From the NCBI GenBank assembly GCA_964247055.1, contig OZ176050.1:5766001-5830000 (forward strand): 64,000 bases of DNA, written 5' to 3'. A program made the translations under genes and the position numbers. The notes beneath the pieces are model-generated. The model searched no databases. It was not told the origin of the DNA and worked only from the letters and a program-made list of their open reading frames with translations. This stretch comes from Paragordius varius. Its lineage: Eukaryota; Animalia; Nematomorpha. Below, one piece after another: positions 1 through 19,798 of this stretch. Every line of letters begins with the position of its first letter. Position 1 is the stretch's first letter.

Positions 1-13
1 ATCATGATTTTAG

Positions 14-7611
<7,598 letters not shown>

Positions 7612-9985
7612 ATCAAAAAAAATTTCCCTAAAATATAATGATGTAAATATTGTACAAAATTTGATGATTTATAATTTTTTTCCTAATATTTAAACAATAT
7701 TATTATTATCAATATTTGCATATTTATTTTCAATTGTAATTTTAGGTAAAGGTTTTGACAAAGCATGTTTTTATATGTTATACGATTATTCACCAGTTAT
7801 TTTATCAGAATAATTTCCTATCAAATATACAATTAATGCTTTTTCATCATATTTTTTAATCGTTTATTGAGTATTTATTGCAACTATGTTTCTATATAAC
7901 ATTCAATGTATTTTGCATCATTGCAATATTTTATGTAAGTGTTTTGCCGATAGTTTTTAAGCATAATAAATGTTTTTAGATTGCAAAGTTTTCGCTTCAA
8001 AGCAAATTCAGTCCCTAATTTATAAGAAGTAGGAAACTGAAAATTTGATATCTATTTTGGGGTTAAGACTCGATCTTTGTGTTTAAATAGTTGCAGAACC
8101 ATTTTCAATACTTTTACTTACATCATATTGAAAAGTGCTATTTGATGCTATAATTTTAAATAATTATTACCACTTGGATCACATGATAAACAATAATATA
8201 GAAATATAATATAAAATATTTTAATATTAACTGATGCGTAAAAACCCTTTAACTATGATAGCGAAATAAAGCTTCTTCTTCTTTAAAAAATTCATTTGTT
8301 GCGGCCCCGAATGATGTTTAATTAAAACTATAATTTTATTTCAATTGCTTGTTTTCATATATGTGGTCCTACGACTGTTTCCCTATATGACATACTTAAA
8401 GTCAAGAGCTATATTATGATTAGTATAAAAATCCATTTTATAAAGTGGTTTCAGTAACACCTCTTTTGAAAATCCGGGATTCAAAGAGATTCTCACAAAA
8501 AAAGTTTTTCTTAAAAAATCTAATATCCGTTTTTGAAGTTTAAGTTTTTTCACCCAAAGTAATCTTTCGTTCATAAATACAAGTGAACAATAATAAAAAT
8601 GTATTATTTATTCATAAATTGCGGCTGTATGTGAAAACCATTAAGGGTATAAAAATAAAGACGCTAATACAAAATATAAATTTAACTCTCATGTTATAAA
8701 AAAATATTTTGTAAAAAATTAAAATTTAATTGATTAAATTGACATAGCGCATATATATCTATATATATATATATATAATTTGTTATATTTGAATGAATAA
8801 AATAATTATATGACTGACTACATGGGTAAATATATCAATTACTCTACAGTGCATTGTTTTTTAGCAAATATTTTTGATGTATAAATCTCCCAAAGAACAA
8901 AATGAATTTTTTAATAGCTAAAATAAAATAATACAATAAATTTCACACCTTTTCCAATAACAAATCTATCGATAATCATAATCTAAAAATTATATTCGTA
9001 ATTATAGAAAATAATGTTTAAAAAATGGCATTTTGTTTCTTTTGTTTGATTGTAACTGAAAAATCTTAAATGTGATTGTGTATTGCACATTATAAAAATG
9101 GGCGTGTTTTCATCGGGAAACGGTTTACTATTTGTCAAAAGAAAAAAATCAAAATTAGGTGTGTTATTGTGAAATATTACTAACAAAGTTTTCTAGGCAA
9201 TAAGGACAATATTAAAAAATAGTTGTACCAAGGTAATGAATGATATAAAAAATTTGATTTATAAAATTTTTTATAATGAGAATAGCAGTTAAACTATATA
9301 TTATAGATAAAAATTTCGATAAGATATAATTTATATTTCAAGTTTCTACATCCCATATCAAAATATTATCAAGCTATTATAATATGGCAACTAAAAATCA
9401 GTTTAATACATTTGAAAAGCATTGTGATGTGGTGTCCTGAGTTGTAAATTTTTTAAAAAAAGATGCTAGGTCGGTATACACAATTGAAAAATAGTTATGG
9501 TAAAAATTAAAACTTAATCTTTGTTGTTTATACAATCACATTTTATGTAAAAAGATCGATCCAGTATTGCAACGCATTATTATAAAAAAATTTATGTGGT
9601 TTAATTTGATTCACAATTTTGAATAATTGAATAGACTAGCAGTACAAAATTATTATGCCACTATTACCGTAAAATGGAAAAATAAACTGATTAAATTTTT
9701 GCATTTTTTTCGCATCTCAAAAGATGATTTTCATTATTATATATATATATATATATGTATGGATGACTATTTAGCAAAGCATGGTATGGTAATAAATAAA
9801 TATTGGACCATATAAATTCTCATATATTTTACAATCAGATACTTAGAAAATGATTCGGCTTTTAACTTTTTTCGGATTACTCTTCACCAGTGGACTATAT
9901 GTGTGTAAGATTGTATGAAAGATATATTTATCACAAACTTCCCCCCGATTATGTAGGAAAACGTGCTGTGTGTTAAATGTATTAG

Positions 9986-12900
9986 TTAACACAATCGAAA
10001 CGGTAACATACGGGGGCGATCCCCGCCCTCTTTAACAAGGGGTTTGTGGTATTCTTTACCGGGTTGTCGACTATGTACAAGGGTCCAACACGGTTCACAG
10101 AAATATTTGAGGCAAGAAACGTTTGCGCAAAAGAAAGGAGCCAATTTCCCGGCACACCGAGCCCCACCGCATTCATCGCAACATTGGTCATCTAGCACAT
10201 AGGGTTTCACTTCAACCTAAAAAAGTATAGTAGATAAAATAATTAAACAAATAAATAATCAATCCTCTTTTCTGTGGCCAATTTTCGTAAATTGATTCAT
10301 TTAATACTATGTTTGTATAAATTGACTTTTCGAGCTTTGGTGTGCAAAGTCCTAATTAATTTGTCGAAAGTAATGATTTAAAAGATAGGATTTGGTTGAA
10401 TTATGTATAAACTACTTAAGTTTCTTGAAACAAACTATAAGGCAAGAACATAAAAACATTAAATACTCGTTTATCGATGTCCCCATGTTGAAGTTGTACA
10501 AAGCGGGCACTGATCGCTGCCACATAACTTTGTTGGGTGGAAAAAGCAACACGACCAGCACCTTTAGGATACTTTAGTTCTGGGTCTGTATCGATCCCGG
10601 CATAACAAACATTCCCATACAAGCGATCCATGATTAGGGCTAACTCCACTATTAATATGGTCATTAACAATTTATTTTAAATTTTAATTACACTAATTTA
10701 ATTTTAGTTTTTAAGTATCAATTTAATAAATATGTAGCATCCTATAAATCATTAAGAATTATCATAAAAGCACTTTAATTAAAAGTATGTTGTGTAGTGA
10801 CACCAAATATTAAAAATCATTGCATATAATTAAAACATAAGTATTAAAAGAGTAAAATATAATACGAAAGTATTAATATGATATTTACAAGCTCTTAGGG
10901 GGCGAGGAACTCCACCGACAAATATAGTTTTTCGTGGATCTAATGGTTGCGATGAATCCAAAACAAAATCAGCATCGGCCAAGCTCCATGCTCTAATTTG
11001 AACCTAGGGATAACATTAAAACAAATAGTTAATTAATAGAATATTTAACATGTAAAAATGTGACTTGAACAGAGAGATATATTATTACATTATGGAAAAA
11101 TATGGAAATATATTAATCTTAAAAAATATATGGATACATATGAAAATTTACAATAATTGATACATAAATATATATTCTTTGTTTTATTAAATTATTATTT
11201 AAAATAATGGAACGCTAATATATTATCTAATAACAAATTTAAATAATTTAAAATAATAATAATTCGAATTCTCGTAAAATTTATTAAATTAAACTATATC
11301 CAAAATTTTCAATACATGGGGGTGTATTTTTCAATGGATTAACTAAAACAAAAGAAAATAATAATAAGATATATTTTGGATATAGTTTAATTTAATAAAT
11401 TTTACGAGATTTCAAATTATTATTTTAACATAAAGTATTCGTTCTCGTTGACAATATTAAATAATTTAAATCGCAAAGATAATGCTCGAGTCAAATGGGG
11501 TAAATATATGAAATCATATTTGATACAATGTATGAACAATATTTAGTTCCATACATGTCATATTTCTTCTGGAGCCTTTAATAGACTCTCCCAAACCTCA
11601 TTTACTGTATCAGTGATTAGTTATAATTAAAACCCATTATTTTGTATTCTTTTAAATTGGATATATCTTTAAATTCTGTGTTTGTAACTATTAAATTGTA
11701 TCGGCACTAATCTACTCCATTTATATATACATCATATTCTTAAAAAGTGGTTCCCTCAGATGGGTGGTAGAGCCATAAAATAAAATAATGTTTTTAACGA
11801 GACTATTAGATTCTTTTACAAAAATAACAAAATTTCTTCACAGGGAAATGAATTCAGTTTTAATTTGATTTCTATTATTGGCGAATAGGTCGCCCATTCT
11901 ACATTGGTTTATGAACTATCCACTGGACTTAATGATTGAAAATATTTATATTTGCATTTCGGTTTTAGCTTGGTTTTGAATGGTGCGTAAATTCGTTGCA
12001 TGGCCTAAAATCTTGATAACGCACTCATCTATGCCTTTTCGTAAGATCATCGTTATAACAACGAAGTTCGACATTGAATAATTTCAGAACCAGTTAAAGT
12101 TTTTTATTTGCACACTTTAAATGGAATAGAGCAAACATCTAAAGATTTATATATTGGTGCCTATTGGTTATTTACCACCATAGCTCTATCAAAATTCAAA
12201 ATGAAACTCTAACTTTATTAAATTGTGTTCCCTATTTACTGCTTCAGATACTAACATTATATCGTTTTTTATGGCGACACACCGCTTGGAAATGATTTTC
12301 TATTATAATTGTAACAACCGATAAGGGACTTTGCATAGTTTACCTCTTTAAATTATTATCATCATTGTAATTATATTAATGTTTATTATTTCTTAAATAT
12401 TTTGACAATTCTTTACCATATACTTTATACCCTTTGGAAATTTCAGTAGAAGCATTTTCAATTTTAGCTCGAAAATCGATTAAGGAAAAGAGCTCGCGGC
12501 CGACCGAATCAAGGCCAAAGGAAACCTAATTTTTCAATTGTTCTACATTCAACAAACACTCTAAATCGGCAAAAAATAAAATATCCTTATATTTACATAT
12601 CCACAAATATATTGATTGTCACTTGATATCTTTACTATAGTAGCACTGTGTCATCATAGTTTTCATTATAATGTTTTTCGTAATTATAGCCGTTAAATAA
12701 TGAATCGGTTATTTACAGAAGGTTTTTACAAAGAGTCATTCGTGTGGCGGAAAAAACGATTTCAGAAAGAAACGGAGGAAAATTTTTGAAACAGTTGTGT
12801 AGTCGGTTTAAACTTATAAAAAACTTTGCAAGTCGATTTATATTAAAGGGCTTTTAAAACGAAGAAGAGGTGTCGTTTGACACAATTGTATATATGACCC

Positions 12901-15900
12901 CAACTCAAGATATAGCAAGGATTTATAAAGGCTAACATACCTTTTAGAGATTGAATACTGTTAACATACAGGAAATTATTACAATAATTTATAATTATAG
13001 CGTTGCACAATCCTATTTTTTAAACTTTATTAATAATAATAAAATTACCGGTTTATCTTTGATAGTTGGACTACTGACATAAATATAATGTTTTCCATTT
13101 TCAATGTAACATGCATCTATCAAACTTTGGACCGAATATTCATCTTGAAAGAGTAAAAAGGCATAACCTATCCCAAAATATCAATAATATATTACACATA
13201 AAAGAAAAAATTATATAATTAAAAAAACGAAACCAATTTTCATTTATTTCTAATATAATATATTTCCAAAACATACCTTTTGGAGGGAAAAATGATTTGC
13301 TTTCAGCTTTGTGGGGCCAATCAACTATCAAAAATCCAAAATGTCGAAAACTATTGGTGATTTCCTCTATCATTTATAAAATAATTGACATATTATTTTT
13401 AAATAATTTATTTATAATAAAATATTTATAAAACTTTCTTTCCACATACCTTCATCAATGTCAGGGGGTAATCCTCCGACAAAAACTTTTCTCGAATACT
13501 TTTCCCCCGTTTCGGGAAGCAAACCTCCCAAAGCCGCACTCGAATGTGGATAAAGTAATGCTACCAATTTATCAGCATCCGTTAAAATGGTTTGCAAATC
13601 GATATTATGCAGTTGTAAAACGTTAGTTGTCTCTTTATTTGTGCTAATATTATTATTGTTAGATCCAATATTTTGAAAGGTGGGTGGGACCGAAAGATGC
13701 TTGTTTTTCAACAAATGCTTGTAATGATTGTAGGGTTGAGGAGGTGGAGAAAATATATTTGCATTGTTGTTAGCATTCAAAGAGTTTGCAGTGTTAAGCA
13801 AATATGATGGATTATTTGCATTGATTGCATTGATTGGTGATAGAGGGGAAGATAAATCAAAGCTACCATGATTGGTATTATGACCAAACAACGATATGTT
13901 TCCTGAGTTTTTACTCAATAGGGATGATGGAGAATGGTCTGACCAAATGTTATCTATAAATCACAATAAACGGTAATATATAAACAAGATACTGATAAAT
14001 AATCTGGTGTTGGCAAGGATTGATAAGAATTAAAACCGTTTTTGGTTTGGTTCCAGGTCAATCTCTGGTATTGCTTTCGGTCAATATATTTAAAAAAACG
14101 GTTCCATAAAAATCGGTTATTAATTATAAATTTGAATATATTGCAATCAAAATTACCGTTTGGCGATAAATTAATTCCAGAATCAAGTCCCACACCACTA
14201 TCACTGGCACTTTGCATGTATTGTTGTTGTGCTTGTTGGTGTTGCGTGAATGCTTCGAACAAGGCTTTAGACAATTCATTGGGTGACGAAGTCAAATCAT
14301 TATTGCTGTTCATAACATAGGAATTAAAGACATCTAATATCGATGTAGCATAAGGCCTGGAGTTTTGAATGGGATTATTACCAATATTATTAGCACTCAA
14401 GCTTAAGTTTTCCAGTTGAGTCATATAATTTGCAGAGATGTTGTTGGACGTTTCCGCCAGGTAGTGGGATGGAAACTGAAAACAATTCATAGATTTAAAG
14501 GATGATGATTCACTAGAAGGAGATATGGCACAATCATTTTCAAAAGCAGTATTCCTTTGAGGAGGAGGTGTTTCGCCCATGTCTTTACCACCGACATCTA
14601 ATGTGCCATGTGAAAAAAATGAAAAAAATCTTAAGACATAGACACAATTGATTAAATAATTCCCATCTTTAGGTTTATACTTAAAAACCCGATAATGATT
14701 AACTCAGCGCATATTTAAAGCATAGCTTATTTATTCCTAAGAAATACTGTTATTATGAAAAAAATGGCCCCATTTTAAAAAGTATCGCAGTTTCATGAAT
14801 AACGCCTAAAAATCAAAATGATAATTCGTATAAATAATAAATTTCAGATACAGTCAATTTATTTATGAACATTTTCCTATTTAATAAAAATGCAAAAAAG
14901 AGCTTTTCCTGTGTTTTTTAAGCATAATTATAAATGGCATTGACTAATACTTTTTATAATTATACAAATATTATCCGCAACGTGAATGTTATACTTGTGT
15001 TGCTTTATAATATTTTATACTTTTACTTTTAAATTATTTTTAAAGTAATTTACATCCGTTTAATATTAAGAAAAAAATGATGGTCAAATTTAATAAATAA
15101 AGCGTGTGTGTCCTTTAAAACTAAGTATATAAATTATGTATTTTAAATAAGTAGATTTTTAATTATTGCATTAAAAACTTAAATACCGTTTTAAAGAAAT
15201 TATATTAATTTCTTATTTTATAATTATTAGATTTTACAAGAGTTGCTTTTAAGATAACCTTGATATAATTTTGGATATGGCAAACTTACATCGTTACAAC
15301 CTACCTAGTTGCAATTGTATTAATGTGTTGAAAATTTTTATCTTTCCAATTAAATGTCTTAAATATATTTTATCACCCCTAAAACATGCATATTGTGAAT
15401 TTAGATCAAAAAGTACTTTTCTAATTTTCTTATATGTGACACTTACCAACTTTCAGAATTAAAAAAACATTTTCGTTCACGTTACATGTAAATAAGCATA
15501 AAAGCTGATTAAAGCAATCAGCTGTTATTGTAAAATTTTGCATTTTTTTAAAAAATGAACATGGGTATTTGACCCGTCGGTATCTGAGATGGAAAATTTA
15601 TAAATTTAGCATTTTAAATTATAATAAATATATTAGTGTATTGCCATTAAAATTTTAATCAAATTACTTATATATTACATTCAGGTACGGAGGACTATAT
15701 CTTATGTATAAAGTTATGGACCTAGTGTATATCATAATATGCTAATTTAAAAAAATGCTTAAAAATTTTGTGAATTATTTATGTTTTACTTACAAAGAAA
15801 ATGTGCTATACCTATATTTATTGATTTTCAAAGTTTAAGCCATTTTTATTCATAATAAATAACAATAATCGTCTGACCACTTAAAGTTTGAGTTTATTTT

Positions 15901-18900
15901 CCTAATATGCAATGTGACCCCCAAATTTTTTTCGGATTCTTACGTAAAAACTTCAATTGTTGGGCATATATGTGCATGTAAAATATATTTTGGGCTGTAT
16001 TTAAAAAATAATCTAAAAATAGAATTAATAATTATTTTGTGGCTTCAAAATGAACTTACTATATTTAGACATCTGTAAATATAAATTTGTAATCATAAAA
16101 AAACAATAAAAGGATAAGCGCATACATATTTAAAGCGCGCCGCGCACAATAACACACACCCTATATTGAAAATACTAAAATTAATGCGTCATTATGATTT
16201 GTAAAACGAATGTTAAAATAATTAAAACAACAATTTATCAATTATACCCCCTGTCCCTACTATAAAAAATATATACTTACAAAAAATTGTTACATATGTA
16301 TCAAAAACGGTATTTTAAATATTGATTTACATTTTTTTTGTATTATGGATATAAATATACACAGGGTTACAGGAAGGGTCAATGGGTTAAACATGTTACT
16401 TAAGAAGAAGGTCACAACGAAATATTTTTTCTTGCGTATATTTATTAAACTAAAATATATTTAAGAGGCATAATGGTATATATTTAACGAAAATTGGCAC
16501 AAAATGGGTACAAAATCAGATAGATGTATAAAAATATACTTATCTATATATACAATATTATTCAATAAATACATGGCATAAATGAAAGAAAAAAGATGTA
16601 TAAATAGTAACAATATTTTAGTATGCATAAATTGTCGGATGATTGGAACTGAACTATACAGATTATGCCAACTAATATGCATTATAAAATAATATGTATG
16701 GCTTAAACTACCACACATTGTAGCCCATTTTATGCAAATACAATCAAAAAAATTGGAACCTTAAATGTAGATGGAAAAAAATGAAAAAAAAATTGTTATA
16801 TCTATCTCATATTTAATTTAAATGAGTTTTAACTACCTTAATTAATAGATTTTAAGTTGTAATAAATTTAAGTGTAGATGTAGGTAATTAGCGATAAAAT
16901 ATTATAACAACTAGTTTATGTCCTCAAATAACACATTAACAATGTTCAAAAATAATTTTTAATGCTCCATAACATTTTGTTAGATGAAACAAAATGTTAA
17001 AAGCATTGTTACGCAACTTTAACTAAAATTATTACCTTGATTCAGATTTTCTTTTAAGTCAACAACATCGCATAGCGAATCCGATTTAATTTTCAAATGA
17101 CTGTTATGATGTTCAAAAAGGCGTTTTCTTCCGCTGTTAAGGGGTTGGCCAGCATTGTTTATTAGTGAATGAGAGTTTGGACCGGTTAAAGAGGTATGTC
17201 TTGTCCTACCGAATGTGCCAACAGTTTGACTTTCATTGTCACTCTTTGTGGCGTCATCGGATAAAAGCTGTCCCAACAAATGCGTTTCCATAGAACAACC
17301 TTTTTGTCCTGACACTATTAGGTTATTATGATGAAAATATTGATTAGTGTTTTGCGGACTAGTGATTTGAGCAAATAACAAATTTTGATCATCGGGTTTT
17401 TGAGGAGAATTAACGGTACTATTAGGCTTTGGAACGTTTTGCAATTGTTGATTGTCTTTGATCTGAGACATTTGATTAGTAACACAAGATTTTTGATGAT
17501 CGCTATAATCGGCTTTGTTAGTTGAATCACAGTTTAGATTAGATTGAGCATTAATAAAACTAACATTTTCATTTTTGTTGTTATTATCAAAATCATTGGT
17601 TATAGTTGATAAAATGGTTTGATGGGGTTTTGAATGAGATATCGGTAGAAACACTGGACTAATAGGTTTTCCATCCTAAATATATTAATATATATGCAAA
17701 ATCAATTTGTTTTTAAAATTCTTAAGCGGTACCGAAATGTTAAAATAGGTAAAAAAACCTTTTCAAAGGGGGAATATTCGGTATTAAATATATTTGCTTC
17801 CGAATCCCAATCGTGCGATGTATAATCTGTATTTTTTACCATTAACGGAGAAGAAGAACTATTTGGTTGTTTGTTAAAGTGCTGTTGTTGATCAAAAGGA
17901 TATCCTTTAGCCGAAATGAGATCAGTAATGGCAATGGGTGATACATTCGATGACATGGTACTAGTTGTTTGACTCTCAAGACTCGTAATCGTATTTGCTT
18001 GCAATTCGGCCAGCAATTTAGCTTTCAGAGCTGGGTTCTTATTGAGCAAAAGTGTTAACAGGGCATTTTCACGTTCATTTTGTTCTTCCTCTTGAATACT
18101 ACCAATCGTGTTTATACCGACAGGGTTCCTTGGAAAGTGATTTACAGCAGGTGTCTTCTTAGCAGCGGGGTGGTTGAGAGCCGTTTGGGCTGAATACGAC
18201 CCAAATATGTTGTGAAGACCTCGTTTCCCATGATTGATGCTACTGGGCGTGAATTGTCCATTCTTGTGTTGGGAATGCGAAATATTGCGATTTGCCGTGA
18301 CTAGGTTAGACCGTAAGAGTGTTAAATTATTACCACTGACTAGTTGGATATTTCCAAGTAAATTAGTTAACACTGATAAAGGGGTTGGTTGTGGTGGCTG
18401 AACATTATTAAATAGCGATTTTTGATCGATAGATGTTGAAGGAAAGTTGGATCGCAAAGAATGCGAGAAAGTAGGATGGTTTTGACAATGTTTGTCAAAT
18501 GACTTTGCACAAGTACCAGATTTAGCCTGTGAATATAGTGATTTAGGGAAATTAGAGTAGTTGTGATTGGCAAAACAACTCCTACCGTCATTGGTGAATG
18601 TAAGTAGAGTGGAAAGCCAATTATAATCGATAGCAGAGTTCAATGAATAATTTGAATTAAGAGGGTTTTGGTTAATGGCATTTTCGTATAAGTATTTGGC
18701 TAAAATATTTATATTGTGATTTTCATTTGGTGTACTAAATTGAGGTATTAAATTAACAGAAGCATTTTGGTCAAAAGATTTAGCGCTTCTTGTATATGGA
18801 TAGTCGATTGATAGTTCAGGCAATGGTAACGAATGATGTTTTTTAGGGCTAACAAAATTAGGGTCTGCAGAAAAATTATTATCTAACACAGTTGAAGATA

Positions 18901-19072
18901 ACTCATTTGTATCATCAAAATTTTCGTTTCCAAAAGTTATCTCATTTTTGCTATTATCTATTTCTTCCAGATCGTTATTTAAAGATTGTGACGGCAGTGA
19001 AGAATTTTCAATATTTACGTTAGAAACTATAGGTAAGATGTTTGCCTCCTGATTTATTTGGGATGTAGCCAT
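9986..19072 (-). CDS. CPEB: Cytoplasmic polyadenylation element-binding protein, CPEB2/3/4 (Orb2) subfamily, ~1211 aa
   Basis: Minus-strand exons: 19072-17759, 17675-17036, 14597-14157, 13953-13450, 13366-13277, 13167-13049, 11003-10889, 10648-10467, 10216-9986. They total 3636 nt, all GT-AG with matching phases. RRM1: [17 protein letters not shown]...[28 protein letters not shown]2: [18 protein letters not shown]...[22 protein letters not shown] domain: [19 protein letters not shown]...[18 protein letters not shown]...[12 protein letters not shown], which is the CPEB2-4 type. Joining of the two 5' exons (17036-19072) rests on splice phase, not homology. Confidence 0.93.
11255..11424. mobile_element. 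Palindromic MITE-like element (52-bp inverted arms) in CPEB intron
   Basis: Arm 11255-11306 (aataataattcgaattctcgtaaaatttattaaattaaactatatccaaaat) is a near-perfect reverse complement of 11373-11424, with a 66-bp spacer. A diverged copy of the left arm and downstream flank lies in an SRPK intron at ~3420-3550. Confidence 0.7.
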
Positions 19073-19798
19073 TGATCAATTGATCTTTCTCAAATAAAAT
19101 TCATACAAAAGCTGTCCTTGAAATAAAAGCGACTAGATTTAAATCATATGGCGATCTTAAATGTATGTAATGTACACGGACGATATATATCATGATGCTC
19201 TATAAAATAAATTAATTTAATCTAATGCTTTAAGTTCAACAGATTCGAGTTGTTGATGTACCAGACTTTTATGATATTTGTAAACAAAAAAAGTCGCGAA
19301 ATTTATGTTATGTGCAGGCTGCATATAAAAATATATTATTTTCAAACAACATATATATATCTTAAAAAGCTGTTTTTGCAGCATTTCAAACCAACATTTT
19401 TTACTGCCAGGTAAGTAACATTATATTTTAAAATTCTTTGATTATCTATGTTGACGCGTCATTTCCTAAAAACTCCTTATTATAAAATAACTTCACATTT
19501 ACGCGGCTCCCTAATACCCTTTTTGCAATACCGCATATCCAAATAAAAGTTCTCTATGGGCTTATTAGGCGCATGTAAAAAAGCAAAATTGACATCTAAA
19601 AATAATTTACATTACAAACTAGTCGCCGAATATATATTGGCATATAAAATATAATATGGTAAAAAAACTGTTTAGAGGCCATTTCTTTTTGGGGTAGTTT
19701 TCTTCACTATCTACAATAGCTAGAAGTATCCTATAAAAATATGGATTCTATGGCCTTTTAGCGTTACACAGTTCACACTAAAAAATATCTATATATAT

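Noticed and set aside
12718-12856. Frame reading [15 protein letters not shown], reminiscent of a LINE reverse-transcriptase C-terminus
   Set aside because: A single short motif with no flanking support; too weak to call.
14042-14320. Antisense ORFs over CPEB (14042-14320, 10392-10577), alternative-frame ORFs (9982-10191, 17318-17530, 18367-18591) and 44476-44691 over OSGEPL1
   Set aside because: These are shadow frames of real coding exons with no independent motifs or splice support.
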